Source: an uncultured Nitrospirales bacterium
GTDB lineage: Bacteria; Hydrogenedentota; Hydrogenedentia; Hydrogenedentales; JAGMZX01
DNA: 64,000 nucleotides
Reading direction: 5' to 3'
NCBI GenBank assembly: GCA_964569295.1
Contig: CAZMVU010000003.1
Coordinates: 11,005-75,004, forward strand
Part shown: positions 54,095 to 63,777 of the stretch, piece after piece
Layout of the letters: the number at the start of each line of letters is the position of its first letter
How positions within the stretch are numbered: position 1 is the first letter of the stretch
Made by a program: the position numbers and the translations under genes
Notes under the pieces: generated by a model
The model's input: the letters and a program-made list of their open reading frames with translations, nothing else
Database searches by the model: none
What the model was told of the DNA's origin: nothing

Positions 54095-56505
54095 GGGGTT
54101 GTTCCTTTCTTGTTATGCCCGTGCAACACAGGGCTGGCGAAAGTAGCGCCGTGCGGGGAAGGGGGGGCGGCGTTCGCGGACGCGCGTGGATCTGCCTCCC
54201 GCACCTTCTTGTGCTTCCGGGTTTTCAGTAGTGCCAGCACACCCACCGCTGCCACGGCGAGTACGGTAATTTCGCCCAGTGTATCCAGTGCACGGAAATC
54301 TACCAGGATGACGTTGACGATGTTGCGGCCATGTCCACCTGACACGCTGTTCCCGGTATAGAAATCGCGCATGGGCGCCGGGTGGCCGGGCAGTGTGGCG
54401 CAATAGGTGAGTGCCGCCATGACTGTGCCGGCCCCGATCGCCACGGCACCATCGCGCAGGCGTGTGGTCATGGACGATCTCGGAAACGGCCTCGGCATGC
54501 GTGCCACCGCCAGGACGAAGAAGAGGACCAGGAGCGATTCGACGATAAACTGGGTCATGGCGATATCCGGCGCACTCAGCAGTCCGTAGAGCAGGGCGGT
54601 TCCGTAGCCGACGCCGCCGAGGCATGCGGCCGCGCTCAATGGTGTGCGCACGCGCGTGGCGGCCAAGGCCGCCATGACAACCGTGGCACAAAGCAATGCC
54701 TCGTGCAGTTGCACATCCCAGTCCACAAGCGAAAAGTCAACTACGCCGCGTCTGATTAGCATCCAGCCCGGGAGGAGCAGCGTACACGCGAAAACCGCCA
54801 GGAGGTAGTAGCGCAACAGACCATGCTGCAACAGCCGCGTTTGTCCGCGGGCAACAACGAAAAGCCCCGTGATGCTGTGTTCATAGGCCACGGCCGGTCC
54901 CCACGCGCGCAGGGGCTTGACATGCGCCGCCATACGCCGAAGCCATCTGCGTATGAGGAAGGCCAACAGGCCGAGGGTGACGGTCACCAGGCTGAGCAGC
55001 AACGCCACGTTCCACCCATGCCAGAGCTTGAGTTTGGTTTCCAAGGGTGCGTTGAGAATGGAGAACCCCGAATCTGCGAGCAATCGTTTTCCCAGCACTT
55101 CGGGAAACAAGCCTGCGTAAAGCCCGAGGGCCCCCAGTATCAGCGGCCCCGCCCAGAGCCCCGGCGGTACGCCATGGAACTCGCCCATCTTCAACGAAGG
55201 CGCGGGGCGTCCCCAGAATGGGCGCCAGGCAACCAGTATCGCGACAAAGACATTGGCCATATTGGCGAAGATCGCCACCGCCACGACCACGTTGCGCGCT
55301 ACCGGCGCATACAAGGCCGCCTCGTACACCGCCTCTTTTCCAATGAATCCGAACAAAGGCGGCAACCCGGCCATAGACAGGCCGCTCACGGCCGCCGCGG
55401 CCATGAGGGTGGGCGCCTTCCGCCACAGGCCGCCAAGGTGTTCGCTATCCTTTTCGTGTGCAGCGTGTTGCACTGCGCCCGCTACCATGAACAGGGCGGC
55501 TTTGTACAAGGCGTGAACGAATAAGAATACCATCGCCGCCTTGACGGCCACGGGCGTGCCGAGGCCCAGGCACAGCATAAGCGTACCCAGGGCGACCACC
55601 GTGGTATAGGCGAGCAAAGGTTTCAGCTTGGTTTGTTGCAGGGCCAGCCAGGCACTTATCACCATGGTGAGGCCGCCGCCGCCCACGAGCACGCCGAACC
55701 AAAGATCGCCGCCGCCAAGAACCGGCGTCAACCGTGCGACCAAGTAAATGCCTGCCTTCACCATCGTGGCGCTGTGCAGAAAGGCACTCGCTGGCGTGGG
55801 TGCTTCCATGGCGCTGGCCAGCCAGAAGTGAAAGGGAAATTGCGCCGACTTCGTGAACGCGGCCAGCAGCATAAGCAGTACGATGGCCGTGTAGTGTGGG
55901 TGATCGGTTATGGTGCCTGATGAAAGCAGTTCCCGCACGCTGTAGGTGCCCGCTGCTTCACCTAACAGCACGGCCCCCGCCAGCAGCGCCAGTCCGCCCA
56001 CGCCTGTGACCAGCAGTGCCTGCCGTGCCGCATTGCGGGCCGCCTCGCGCTCCTTGTCGAAACCGATCAGCAAGTAGGATGTAATGCTGGTGGCTTCCCA
56101 AAAGACAAAGAGAAGTACCAGGTTGTCTGCGAAGACCAGACCGAGCATCGAGCCCATGAACGCAAACAGGTAGGCCAAGAACCGTCCCCGCGCCGGCCCT
56201 TCCATATAAGCGCCGGTATACACCACGACCAGCGCGCCAATCCCGCTAACCAGCAGGCCAAAGGCAAGGCTCAGGCCGTCCACGTAGAAGGTGACCGAAA
56301 GGTCCAGGCTGGGCGCCCATGCGAAGCCGGTCATGCGGGGGCCCGTGTGCGGGAGCAGACGCAGCAGAGAAACACAGTAAGCGAAGAAAACGGCGGGCGC
56401 CAATGCACCCACCCAGCCGATGGTTCTTCCAAGTACACGGTTTAGCAAGGGACAAAGAACTGCAACCAAAAAAAATATAAAGAGGAGACCTGTGAACAAC
56501 GTCAT
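54091..56505 (-). CDS. mrpA: Mrp antiporter subunit A (NuoL/ND5-like with C-terminal MnhB-like extension)
   Basis: 804 aa with FWEATSITSYLLIGF, SAQFPFHFWLASAMEAPTP and HALYKAALFM motifs of the NuoL/MnhA family. Confidence 0.9.
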   Translation of the reverse strand: MTLFTGLLFIFFLVAVLCPLLNRVLGRTIGWVGALAPAVFFAYCVSLLRLLPHTGPRMTGFAWAPSLDLSVTFYVDGLSLAFGLLVSGIGALVVVYTGAYMEGPARGRFLAYLFAFMGSMLGLVFADNLVLLFVFWEATSITSYLLIGFDKEREAARNAARQALLVTGVGGLALLAGAVLLGEAAGTYSVRELLSSGTITDHPHYTAIVLLMLLAAFTKSAQFPFHFWLASAMEAPTPASAFLHSATMVKAGIYLVARLTPVLGGGDLWFGVLVGGGGLTMVISAWLALQQTKLKPLLAYTTVVALGTLMLCLGLGTPVAVKAAMVFLFVHALYKAALFMVAGAVQHAAHEKDSEHLGGLWRKAPTLMAAAAVSGLSMAGLPPLFGFIGKEAVYEAALYAPVARNVVVAVAIFANMANVFVAILVAWRPFWGRPAPSLKMGEFHGVPPGLWAGPLILGALGLYAGLFPEVLGKRLLADSGFSILNAPLETKLKLWHGWNVALLLSLVTVTLGLLAFLIRRWLRRMAAHVKPLRAWGPAVAYEHSITGLFVVARGQTRLLQHGLLRYYLLAVFACTLLLPGWMLIRRGVVDFSLVDWDVQLHEALLCATVVMAALAATRVRTPLSAAACLGGVGYGTALLYGLLSAPDIAMTQFIVESLLVLFFVLAVARMPRPFPRSSMTTRLRDGAVAIGAGTVMAALTYCATLPGHPAPMRDFYTGNSVSGGHGRNIVNVILVDFRALDTLGEITVLAVAAVGVLALLKTRKHKKVREADPRASANAAPPSPHGATFASPVLHGHNKKGTTP

Positions 56506-56724
56506 GGGCGGGTTTCCCGGCTGGTGTCCGATACTTCAGAGTTCGGGCGCGTCGGGCGCTGGCCTTAACAACATACGGATTACGACAATCTATTCCAATA
56601 CAAGAATTCGCGCGTTGACGGCCGCTCGGGCGTTACCACCCTAAGGCATAAGGCATCGCAGCAACACACTATGTTAACTCCTTGCACAATTTTACGCTGA
56701 ATCCGCAATGACCTTTGGGAAGGC

Positions 56725-58608
56725 TTACCCGAGCCCCCGCATACCCCGGCGGAATTTGCGCCGCGCGATCTCGAATTCTGACTTGCGGTTACGCGCCATC
56801 CAGAGTCCCTCGAAGCGTTTCAGGAGCGCTTCCATATCTTTGCGCAGTTTCTTGCGTGAAGGGGCGGTGTTGCGCCCGCCTTCGCCCAACGTGGCGAGTT
56901 TGCGTGCGGCGAGGACCATGGCATCCACGGCAAAGGCCCAGTAGGGCAAGACGCCAAGCGGGTCGGCGGCACGCTTGGCCGATTGCTTGAGTACGGCACA
57001 GGCCGGCTCGAGGGTGTCGAGCATGTCCTTCGCCAGGGGAGCATCGAGCTTAACGTGCCGGGAGACGATCTTGCCCAGTTCACTCACCGAGGCATCCGCC
57101 GCGTAGCCCTTGAACAGTTTGTCCGCCGCGGGCGCGAAGAGCAGGTGCGCCCAGATGCTCTGGTAGTAGCCCTCGAGGTGCAGGTGGGCCACGTCGCCCA
57201 GGTCGACCAGTGCGTCCACCAATGCGCCCGGTTTGTCGACGCCAAGGAAGAGCCGGCAGAAGCGCTCCGCAAAACTGCCCACGTCCGCGCATGAATTCCA
57301 TGCCTGCTCCGCGCCGAAAAGAAAGCCGAACCACGACAGTTCGGTGAAGTTGTAGTGGCCGCCATCGCCCCAGTCGGTGGTGAGCAGACCTTCCGCGCCT
57401 CGTTGCTTGCCTGCTTTCGCATAGCCGGCGATATTCGCCATGGACTCATGGAGCCGCGGGAACAGGCTCACCCACGCCGAGGTGCCGGGGCATGCGTAGG
57501 TGGTAAGGCCGTGATCGGTGAAGGTGCTGATACCCGCGAAGTCATGGTCCGCGTCGTAGCCCCAGTCCAGCACGATCAGGTCTTCCGGCAGTTCCTCGAG
57601 CAATTCGGGATAGGGGCGGACCATATCGCTCCAGAACATGGGCCGCTTGCCGAGCTTGCGCGCCATCTCCGCCACCTTCAGGACATGCTCGAGGTACAAC
57701 TCCTCCCGGCTCATCATGGTGCGCATCATGTAGCTCTGTCCGAGGCCGAGATCCCAAGTTTCATCGCAGCAGATGTTGCAGTAAGGGCCGGCAACAAGCG
57801 GGAGCACCTCGGACAGGAGCGAATAGACAAAGGCGTAGGTGTCAGGGTTGGCGGGGGAGAGGGTCCAGCCGCGGCGCTTGTAGGCATCGGGCAGGTCTTC
57901 GGCCTCGGGCGCGGCATAACGTCCCACACCCCAGTCTTCCGCCAGGTCGCGGTATTGCGGCAGCGTGAGGATATTGGCCATGTGGCCGAAGGTGGCCAGC
58001 GCCGGCACGAGCGTCACGCCGCACTCCGCCCAGGCGGCATCCAGCGCGAGCAGGTCGTCCGCTGTCAGTGGGTCAGCCTTCTTGCCGATGTCCGGGTGAC
58101 CGCGATAGCGGAAGGTGTGCTCGATGTACAGGTGCACCTGGTTCATCTTGTAGGCGCCGAGGGTCTGGCCCAGTTGTGCGAGCGCCTCGGTGGTCGGCAC
58201 CCGCCCGCGCGATACATCGCAGGTGATGCCCCGCACCGCGAAGTCCGGCCAGTCCCGGATGCGGACGAGGGGCAGTTTGCCCGGCTTCGACTGGGCCAGA
58301 ATCTGTGCGAGGGTGCTCACGGCGTGGCGTGCGCCCGCAGGACCGTCCGCCTCGATGACCATGCTGTTCTGCCGCACGGAAAGGGTGTAGCCCTCGGGCT
58401 TCAGCTTGCGGTGGTAGGCGAAGGTGATCGTGTTGTGCACACCGTCCACGTTGCCATGGATGGTGTAACCGGGAAACAGTTCCACGAGCGCCTGTGCCGC
58501 CGGCAGCCATTCCGCCGCCGGAATGCCCACCGTGCCCTGCTTGGGCGCCTCGAAGGTCCCGTCCCGCCATTTCACGAACTTTGGTTGCGGTATCAATGTC
58601 GGCGCCAT
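56725..58608 (-). CDS. glycoside hydrolase family 20 beta-N-acetylhexosaminidase
   Basis: IRDWPDFAVRGITCDVSRGRV and NQVHLYIEHTF; the catalytic D-E pair is in NICCDETWDLG. The start was set to ATG 58608 (GGGAG 8 nt upstream); the ORF track opens at 58677. Confidence 0.85.
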   Translation of the reverse strand: MAPTLIPQPKFVKWRDGTFEAPKQGTVGIPAAEWLPAAQALVELFPGYTIHGNVDGVHNTITFAYHRKLKPEGYTLSVRQNSMVIEADGPAGARHAVSTLAQILAQSKPGKLPLVRIRDWPDFAVRGITCDVSRGRVPTTEALAQLGQTLGAYKMNQVHLYIEHTFRYRGHPDIGKKADPLTADDLLALDAAWAECGVTLVPALATFGHMANILTLPQYRDLAEDWGVGRYAAPEAEDLPDAYKRRGWTLSPANPDTYAFVYSLLSEVLPLVAGPYCNICCDETWDLGLGQSYMMRTMMSREELYLEHVLKVAEMARKLGKRPMFWSDMVRPYPELLEELPEDLIVLDWGYDADHDFAGISTFTDHGLTTYACPGTSAWVSLFPRLHESMANIAGYAKAGKQRGAEGLLTTDWGDGGHYNFTELSWFGFLFGAEQAWNSCADVGSFAERFCRLFLGVDKPGALVDALVDLGDVAHLHLEGYYQSIWAHLLFAPAADKLFKGYAADASVSELGKIVSRHVKLDAPLAKDMLDTLEPACAVLKQSAKRAADPLGVLPYWAFAVDAMVLAARKLATLGEGGRNTAPSRKKLRKDMEALLKRFEGLWMARNRKSEFEIARRKFRRGMRGLG

Positions 58609-58975
58609 CGTTCCTGCTCCCGCCGCCCCACGCGGCCTTGTCACTATGTTTACTTCATTTGCGGGGCGCACGTCCAATTATTCCCTTGTTGTGGCGTGGT
58701 CGCGTGCTTGTTGTGGCCGGCCTCCTGACCGCGCCACTCTTCAGACCGTAGGTCTCCAATTCCTAAAGGCAATATGGGAGGTCTTCGGTCGTGCATGGTG
58801 GCGCGGTCTGGAGATGGCCTTCGGCCTAGAAGGCACGGCCATCACAAGGTGTATCTGGAACGAGCGGTGACCTCCGTGAAATAATAGCTGCGAAATGGCG
58901 CATTTGCATGACCTGCGAACCCATTCAACCCGTTTGACGATTCAGGAAACGGATGTTGAGACAGGAGTGAGCCGG

Positions 58976-59248
58976 ATGCCAACGATATCGATGTTCTACG
59001 GCATTCTGGTCCGGATGTTCTTTCACGACACGGACAAGCATCAATTGCCGCACATTCACGCGGATTATCAGGGGGAGGTTGCGGTGTATTCGATTCCTGA
59101 CGGCGCTGTGCTGGCCGGCAGCCTGCCGCCAAAGAAGCACAAGCTGGTTGTCGCCTGGATTGAAATACATCAGGAAGACCTGATGGCGGATTGGGAGCTG
59201 GCTGTGAATGGCCAGAATCCATTGCCCATTCGAGGGTTGGATCAATGA
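58976..59248 (+). CDS. DUF4160-family small protein
   Basis: MPTISMFYGILVRMFFHDTDKHQLPHIHADYQGEVAVYSIPDGAVLAGSLPPKKHKLVVAWIEIHQEDLMADWELA matches the DUF4160 pattern I recall. AGGAG lies 8 nt upstream of the ATG. Confidence 0.8.
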   Translation: MPTISMFYGILVRMFFHDTDKHQLPHIHADYQGEVAVYSIPDGAVLAGSLPPKKHKLVVAWIEIHQEDLMADWELAVNGQNPLPIRGLDQ

Positions 59249-59508
59249 GGATTGAAGAGATCACGCCGCGAGAAGATGGCACCTTGCATGTGGTCGCGGA
59301 AGACGGACGTTCCGGTGTTTTTGATATTGGCCCCTATTTGAAATCGCCCGCCTTTCTTCCCCTGAAAGACTGGGCTGAGTTCTCTCAGGTTCGCAACGGG
59401 GGCTACTTTGTCGAATGGCGCTGTGGGGCCGATCTGTCCGCCGACACCATCGAGGCGTGCTGGCAAGAGAACGTCCCTTCAGACGCCCAACAACTTCCTA
59501 AGTCCTGA
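59245..59508 (+). CDS. DUF2442-family small protein
   Basis: MRIEEITPREDGTLHVVAEDGRSGVFDIGPYLKSPAFLPLKDWAEFSQVR...VEWRCGADLSADTI matches the DUF2442 pattern. The ATG overlaps the upstream stop (ATGA). Confidence 0.8.
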   Translation: MRIEEITPREDGTLHVVAEDGRSGVFDIGPYLKSPAFLPLKDWAEFSQVRNGGYFVEWRCGADLSADTIEACWQENVPSDAQQLPKS

Positions 59509-59686
59509 AGGGCGTGGGTGGCGATGGGAACACTTCCCATAGCTTCACTGGGCTGTCTGTTGTGGCCGCTGGTGTAAGGGTGCGTGAAGCGAACCCGCCG
59601 GTTATGCCGCCACGCCTTGATTCCCGCGTGCCCCATCCGTAGACTGCGGCGCGCATTACCACCTTGAACCTATCCGGGAGTATTTC

Positions 59687-62344
59687 ATGAAAGCCTTCTA
59701 TGTCGCCGGCACGCACTGGGACCGCGAATGGTACGAGCCGTTCCAGGAATTCCGCATGTGGCTGGTCGAGCTTATCGACGAGTTGCTCGACCTGCTCGAG
59801 TCCAGCGATGACTATCCGGTCTTCCACCTCGACGGGCAGGCCGTGGTGCTCGAGGACTACCTCGAAATCCGGCCGGAGAATGCGGAACGCCTCGCCGCTT
59901 TGCTGAAGGCAGGCCGCCTGGTCGCGGGACCATGGTACAACCTGCCGGACGAGTGGCTCATCTCGGGCGAGAGCTATGTGCGCAACCTCATGAAGGGCCG
60001 GCGCATCTGCCGGGACATGGGCTTCGCTCCGATGGACTTCCTCTACACGCCGGACCAGTTCGGCCACATCGCCGCGCTGCCGCTAATCGCCAACGGCTTC
60101 GGCCTCGACACGGGCATCTGCTGGCGGGGCAGCCAGAACGAGAACTTCCCCGCGCAGTTTGTCTGGGTTGGGCCGGATGGCTCCCGCATGGTGACCCACA
60201 AGCTCATCGACTCCGGCGGCTACGACGTGTTCGGCTGCAAGGCGCGCCGGCCCATGAAGGAGAAGGACTTCTCCGACGAGAGCTTCAAGGAAATCTTCGA
60301 TCCCTACTTCCAGGGCGAACGTGAACGGGCCGAGGCGCCCCTGGCCCTCCTGCTCGACGCCGTCGACCACCAGCGTCCGGACCGCGACATGCCGCGCTTC
60401 TTCGAGATGCTGCGCGAGCGCTACCCGGACGTCGAGTTCATCTGGGGCCGGCTCGACGAATACGGCGCGGAGATGCGGCGCCACGCCGGCAAGCTCCCCG
60501 AGCGCACGGGCGAACTGCGCGAACCCTGCCGCAGCAAGAAACACCTCTACCAGTACCTCATCGTGCACACCATCTCGTCGCGCTATCCCTTGAAGCAACG
60601 CAACGACGCGTGCCAGGCCTTGCTCGAGAAGTGGGCCGAGCCCGCCGCACTCTTCCAGATGATGCATGGTGGCGCGCCGATTCTGAAATACCTCGACCAC
60701 GCCTGGACTTGGCTCTTGAAGAACCACCCGCACGACAGCATCTGCGGATGCAGCATCGACCAGGTGCACAAGGACATGATGTTCCGTTTCGACCAGGCGG
60801 AAATGGTGGGGGAGGGCGTGGTGCGGCGCGCCACGGCCCAGCTCGCCAATGCCTCGGCCGAGGCCGATGACTGGAAGCACCTCGTGCTGCACAATCCGCT
60901 GCCGTATCCGCGCACCGAGGTGGTCGAGTTCGACATTCCGTTCCCGCTGGACTATGCGGAGAAGACAGGCCATCAGTTCAAGGATGCCCTCGAGTCCGCC
61001 GAACTGGTCAACACCTTCTACCTGAAGGATGCCCAGGGAAACCGCGTGCCCTATCAGCATGTGTCCATCGAGCGCCGCGTGATCCACAAGCGCATCAACG
61101 ACATGGGCCGCAAGACCGTCGGGGGCGCGGACGTGTACCGCGTGGCGGCGGTGGTCACCCTGCCAGCCGCGGGGCATACCTGCCTCACCGTCGAGGGCAC
61201 CGACGACGCCACCCGCACCTTCGGCTCGCTGCGCACCGCACCGCTCACAGCCGAGAACGAGCGCATCCGTATCGAGGTACACCCCAATGGCACGGTCACC
61301 CTCACACACCTTGCCAGCGGGAAAGTCTTCGAGAACCTGTTCACTTACGAGGACAGTGGCGATGCCGGCGACGGCTGGACCCGCGGGCCGCTGGTGAATG
61401 ACCTTGTGTTCTACGGTCCCGGGGATAGCGTGGCGGTGGCGGTCGATGAAGACGGCCCGCTACGCACGGTCTTCCGAATCGAGCGCACCTTCCACCTGCC
61501 CACCCGTACCGGCAAGGACTCGCACGTCCGCGCCGAAGAGCGCACGCCCCTGCACGTCATTGATCGGCTGTACGTTGAAAAGCACCGGCCCGGCCTGCGC
61601 GTGCGTACCACAATCGAGAACACCATCCGCGACCACCGGCTGCGCGTGTTGTTCCCGACGCATATCCCGGCGGAGAAATCTTTCGCCGAGACGCCCTTCG
61701 CATTCGTCGAGCGCGATATCGCCATTCCACCGGAGACCGCTACCTGGCAGGAACGGGTGCATCCCGAGACGGCTTTCACCTCCGTGTGCGGTCTCCAGGA
61801 CGGCAAGGTGGGCCTGGCGCTGCTGGCGCCTACGGGACTTCATGAGTACGCCGTGACCGAGACGGAAGACCGCAGTCTGGCGCTGACCCTGTTCCGCGCC
61901 ACGTTGCGCACGGTCATGACCAATGGCGAACCGGACGGCCAGTTACTCGGCGCGCCCATGCACTTCGACTACACGCTGCTGCCCTTCTCTGGACCGTTGC
62001 ACCCGGCGGATGCGCTACGCCGCGTGGCCTCGGACCAGGTGGCTATTCACATACACCAGACCGCGCAGCCCGGACCCGACGTGTCGCATGTGCAGGTCGA
62101 GGGCGATGGTGTCGTCGTGACGGCGCTGAAACCGGCGGCGGACACGGCGGGGGGCGTCATCCGCTTGTGGAACCCCGGCAACACAGCGCAGTCGGCGCGG
62201 GTCCACTGCTGCAAACCCGTGAAAACGGCGCAGCACGTGAATCTGGACGAACAGGTGGGTGCGCCGCTCACCCCGGATAATGCCGGGGCACTCGTCATCG
62301 AGATCCCTGCACGCGCCCTGGTTTCCGTGTTGTTTACGTGGTGA
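59687..62344 (+). CDS. glycoside hydrolase family 38 alpha-mannosidase-like (mannosylglycerate-hydrolase-type, no signal peptide)
   Basis: The N-terminus FYVAGTHWDREWY, then GRLVAGPWYNLPDEWLISGESYVRNL and YTPDQFGH (nucleophile Asp region), are typical of GH38. Confidence 0.85.
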   Translation: MKAFYVAGTHWDREWYEPFQEFRMWLVELIDELLDLLESSDDYPVFHLDGQAVVLEDYLEIRPENAERLAALLKAGRLVAGPWYNLPDEWLISGESYVRNLMKGRRICRDMGFAPMDFLYTPDQFGHIAALPLIANGFGLDTGICWRGSQNENFPAQFVWVGPDGSRMVTHKLIDSGGYDVFGCKARRPMKEKDFSDESFKEIFDPYFQGERERAEAPLALLLDAVDHQRPDRDMPRFFEMLRERYPDVEFIWGRLDEYGAEMRRHAGKLPERTGELREPCRSKKHLYQYLIVHTISSRYPLKQRNDACQALLEKWAEPAALFQMMHGGAPILKYLDHAWTWLLKNHPHDSICGCSIDQVHKDMMFRFDQAEMVGEGVVRRATAQLANASAEADDWKHLVLHNPLPYPRTEVVEFDIPFPLDYAEKTGHQFKDALESAELVNTFYLKDAQGNRVPYQHVSIERRVIHKRINDMGRKTVGGADVYRVAAVVTLPAAGHTCLTVEGTDDATRTFGSLRTAPLTAENERIRIEVHPNGTVTLTHLASGKVFENLFTYEDSGDAGDGWTRGPLVNDLVFYGPGDSVAVAVDEDGPLRTVFRIERTFHLPTRTGKDSHVRAEERTPLHVIDRLYVEKHRPGLRVRTTIENTIRDHRLRVLFPTHIPAEKSFAETPFAFVERDIAIPPETATWQERVHPETAFTSVCGLQDGKVGLALLAPTGLHEYAVTETEDRSLALTLFRATLRTVMTNGEPDGQLLGAPMHFDYTLLPFSGPLHPADALRRVASDQVAIHIHQTAQPGPDVSHVQVEGDGVVVTALKPAADTAGGVIRLWNPGNTAQSARVHCCKPVKTAQHVNLDEQVGAPLTPDNAGALVIEIPARALVSVLFTW

Positions 62345-62516
62345 CGGCGGCTGCAGCACGGCATGGGCCGAACATCTTGAACTGCGTCCCTGGTGGTCAA
62401 GCCGTGGTTTGGCGGGGCATGTTGCCGGGCCGCGGCCTCCCTGGGTAGTGCCCTGGCCAACATGGCGGCGGCGCCCTCGAGGCGGGTACAATGGCGCTTT
62501 CGATGGACTGGCGCTA

Positions 62517-63509
62517 ATGGAACCGGCGGAAGTTAGCCCGCGAGAGTACACCCGACACGTGATCGACTACACCTGCCCTCACTGCAACACACAACTGAGC
62601 GCGCCGGAGCAGTTCGCCGGCGCAGCTGGCCACTGCCGTGCGTGCGGCAAGCCTATCACCATTCCCGAACAAAGCGGGCATGTGGCCACGCCCGGTCAAG
62701 CCGTTGCTGCGCCGGCGCGTCCTGGACCGCCGCCGTCCATGCCCAAGTGGCGAATCGTTGCCACGATAATTGTCATTATCGCCTTGCTCGCCCTCTTCGC
62801 CCTGATGTTTTTTCAGTGGGTATTGCCTGCGGCCGACACGTCGGGCACAGCGTTCACCATGGGGTTGCCGTTGCTGATCCTCGGCATGATCGTACTCATC
62901 GTCATCATCGCGCTTATTGCACGCCGCCGCATGCCCACGGGCCGGTTTGTCTGGCTTGAGGACGGCGCCCCGCCCGACACCGGCGGGCCCTGGCAGTACT
63001 GGGGCGAGAAACAAATGCTCGCGTGTCCCCACTGCGGGGAAAAACTCGACGCGGCGGCACTGGCGGGCGACGTGCAAAATGTCATTGCTCAAATCGGCGC
63101 CAATACCACCCCCGTGCGCCGCCATACCTGCCCCCAGTGCCAAGCGCGTTGGGAATCGCGCCTCAGCGATCGGCCGGTGGACTACCGCGCGCGCGTCCCG
63201 AAAGTGCATTACGACTGGCGGCCTGTTTCCGGTTATGCGGCCACCGGCCCCCCGCAACACGCGCGAAAGACAACGGAAGCGGCGCAACAGCAGCCGGACC
63301 AGCGCACTGAAGCCAGGCGCATCCTCCAGCACTACCTGCGTGAAGCCCAGCAACAGGGTGCCGGCACGCGCGAAGAGCAAGTACGCCGCGCTGAGCAGCA
63401 GACCCTGCGCGTGCTTATGAACCGGCACAGCCTCGCGCCCGATGAAGCCGCACGGCTGCTCGAGCAGGCAAAACGCATACTCCAAGGACAATCGCCGCCG
63501 CCGGCCTGA
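62517..63509 (+). CDS. hypothetical membrane protein with two zinc-ribbon modules
   Basis: CPHCNTQLSAP...GHCRACGKPITIP; two TM helices (IVATIIVIIALLALFALMFF, LPLLILGMIVLIVIIALIA); a second ribbon CPHCGEKLD...HTCPQCQARW; and a Q/R/E-rich helical tail. The start was set to ATG 62517. Confidence 0.6.
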   Translation: MEPAEVSPREYTRHVIDYTCPHCNTQLSAPEQFAGAAGHCRACGKPITIPEQSGHVATPGQAVAAPARPGPPPSMPKWRIVATIIVIIALLALFALMFFQWVLPAADTSGTAFTMGLPLLILGMIVLIVIIALIARRRMPTGRFVWLEDGAPPDTGGPWQYWGEKQMLACPHCGEKLDAAALAGDVQNVIAQIGANTTPVRRHTCPQCQARWESRLSDRPVDYRARVPKVHYDWRPVSGYAATGPPQHARKTTEAAQQQPDQRTEARRILQHYLREAQQQGAGTREEQVRRAEQQTLRVLMNRHSLAPDEAARLLEQAKRILQGQSPPPA

Positions 63510-63525
63510 TTGTTTTTCAGCCTCA

Positions 63526-63777
63526 TTACGCAGTCGCACTGCATAAAAGAATTGTCTGGAAAGCTTCGCTCTTGCACAAAAGGCAGCAAGGAAGATGACC
63601 GGGCCTATGCGCAGGCGCGCGAATTCTTTCGATGGGGAATCCGCGCGCCGTGAAATACATCATGCGCCGGGTGCCGCCCATGTCAAGGCAGGCGGTGTTG
63701 CGCATGTGGCCATTGAAATCGAGGTCGCCCCAGCCGGCCTGGAACGTGCGTTCGAAGGCGTCCATGACCGGAGTCAC
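63526..63777 (-). pseudogene. 4HBT-type acyl-CoA thioesterase remnant (frameshifted and truncated)
   Basis: The first ~47 codons, ERTFQAGWGDLDFNGHMRNTACLDMGGTRRMMYFTARGF, fit a hotdog thioesterase. The expected continuation ...SKEFARLRIGPVIF appears only in a different frame from about 63640 downwards. There is no room for a full-length domain before the convergent gene. Confidence 0.45.

Noticed and set aside
50705-56505. Whether the mrp operon is unusual
   Set aside because: It has the canonical A-B-C-D-E-F-G order with overlapping start/stop codons and the expected subunit sizes. It is an ordinary housekeeping antiporter locus.
57355-61309. 457-aa plus-strand ORF (57355..58728) and 408-aa minus-strand ORF (60083..61309)
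   Set aside because: They are antisense to the GH20 and GH38 genes respectively and have no motifs.
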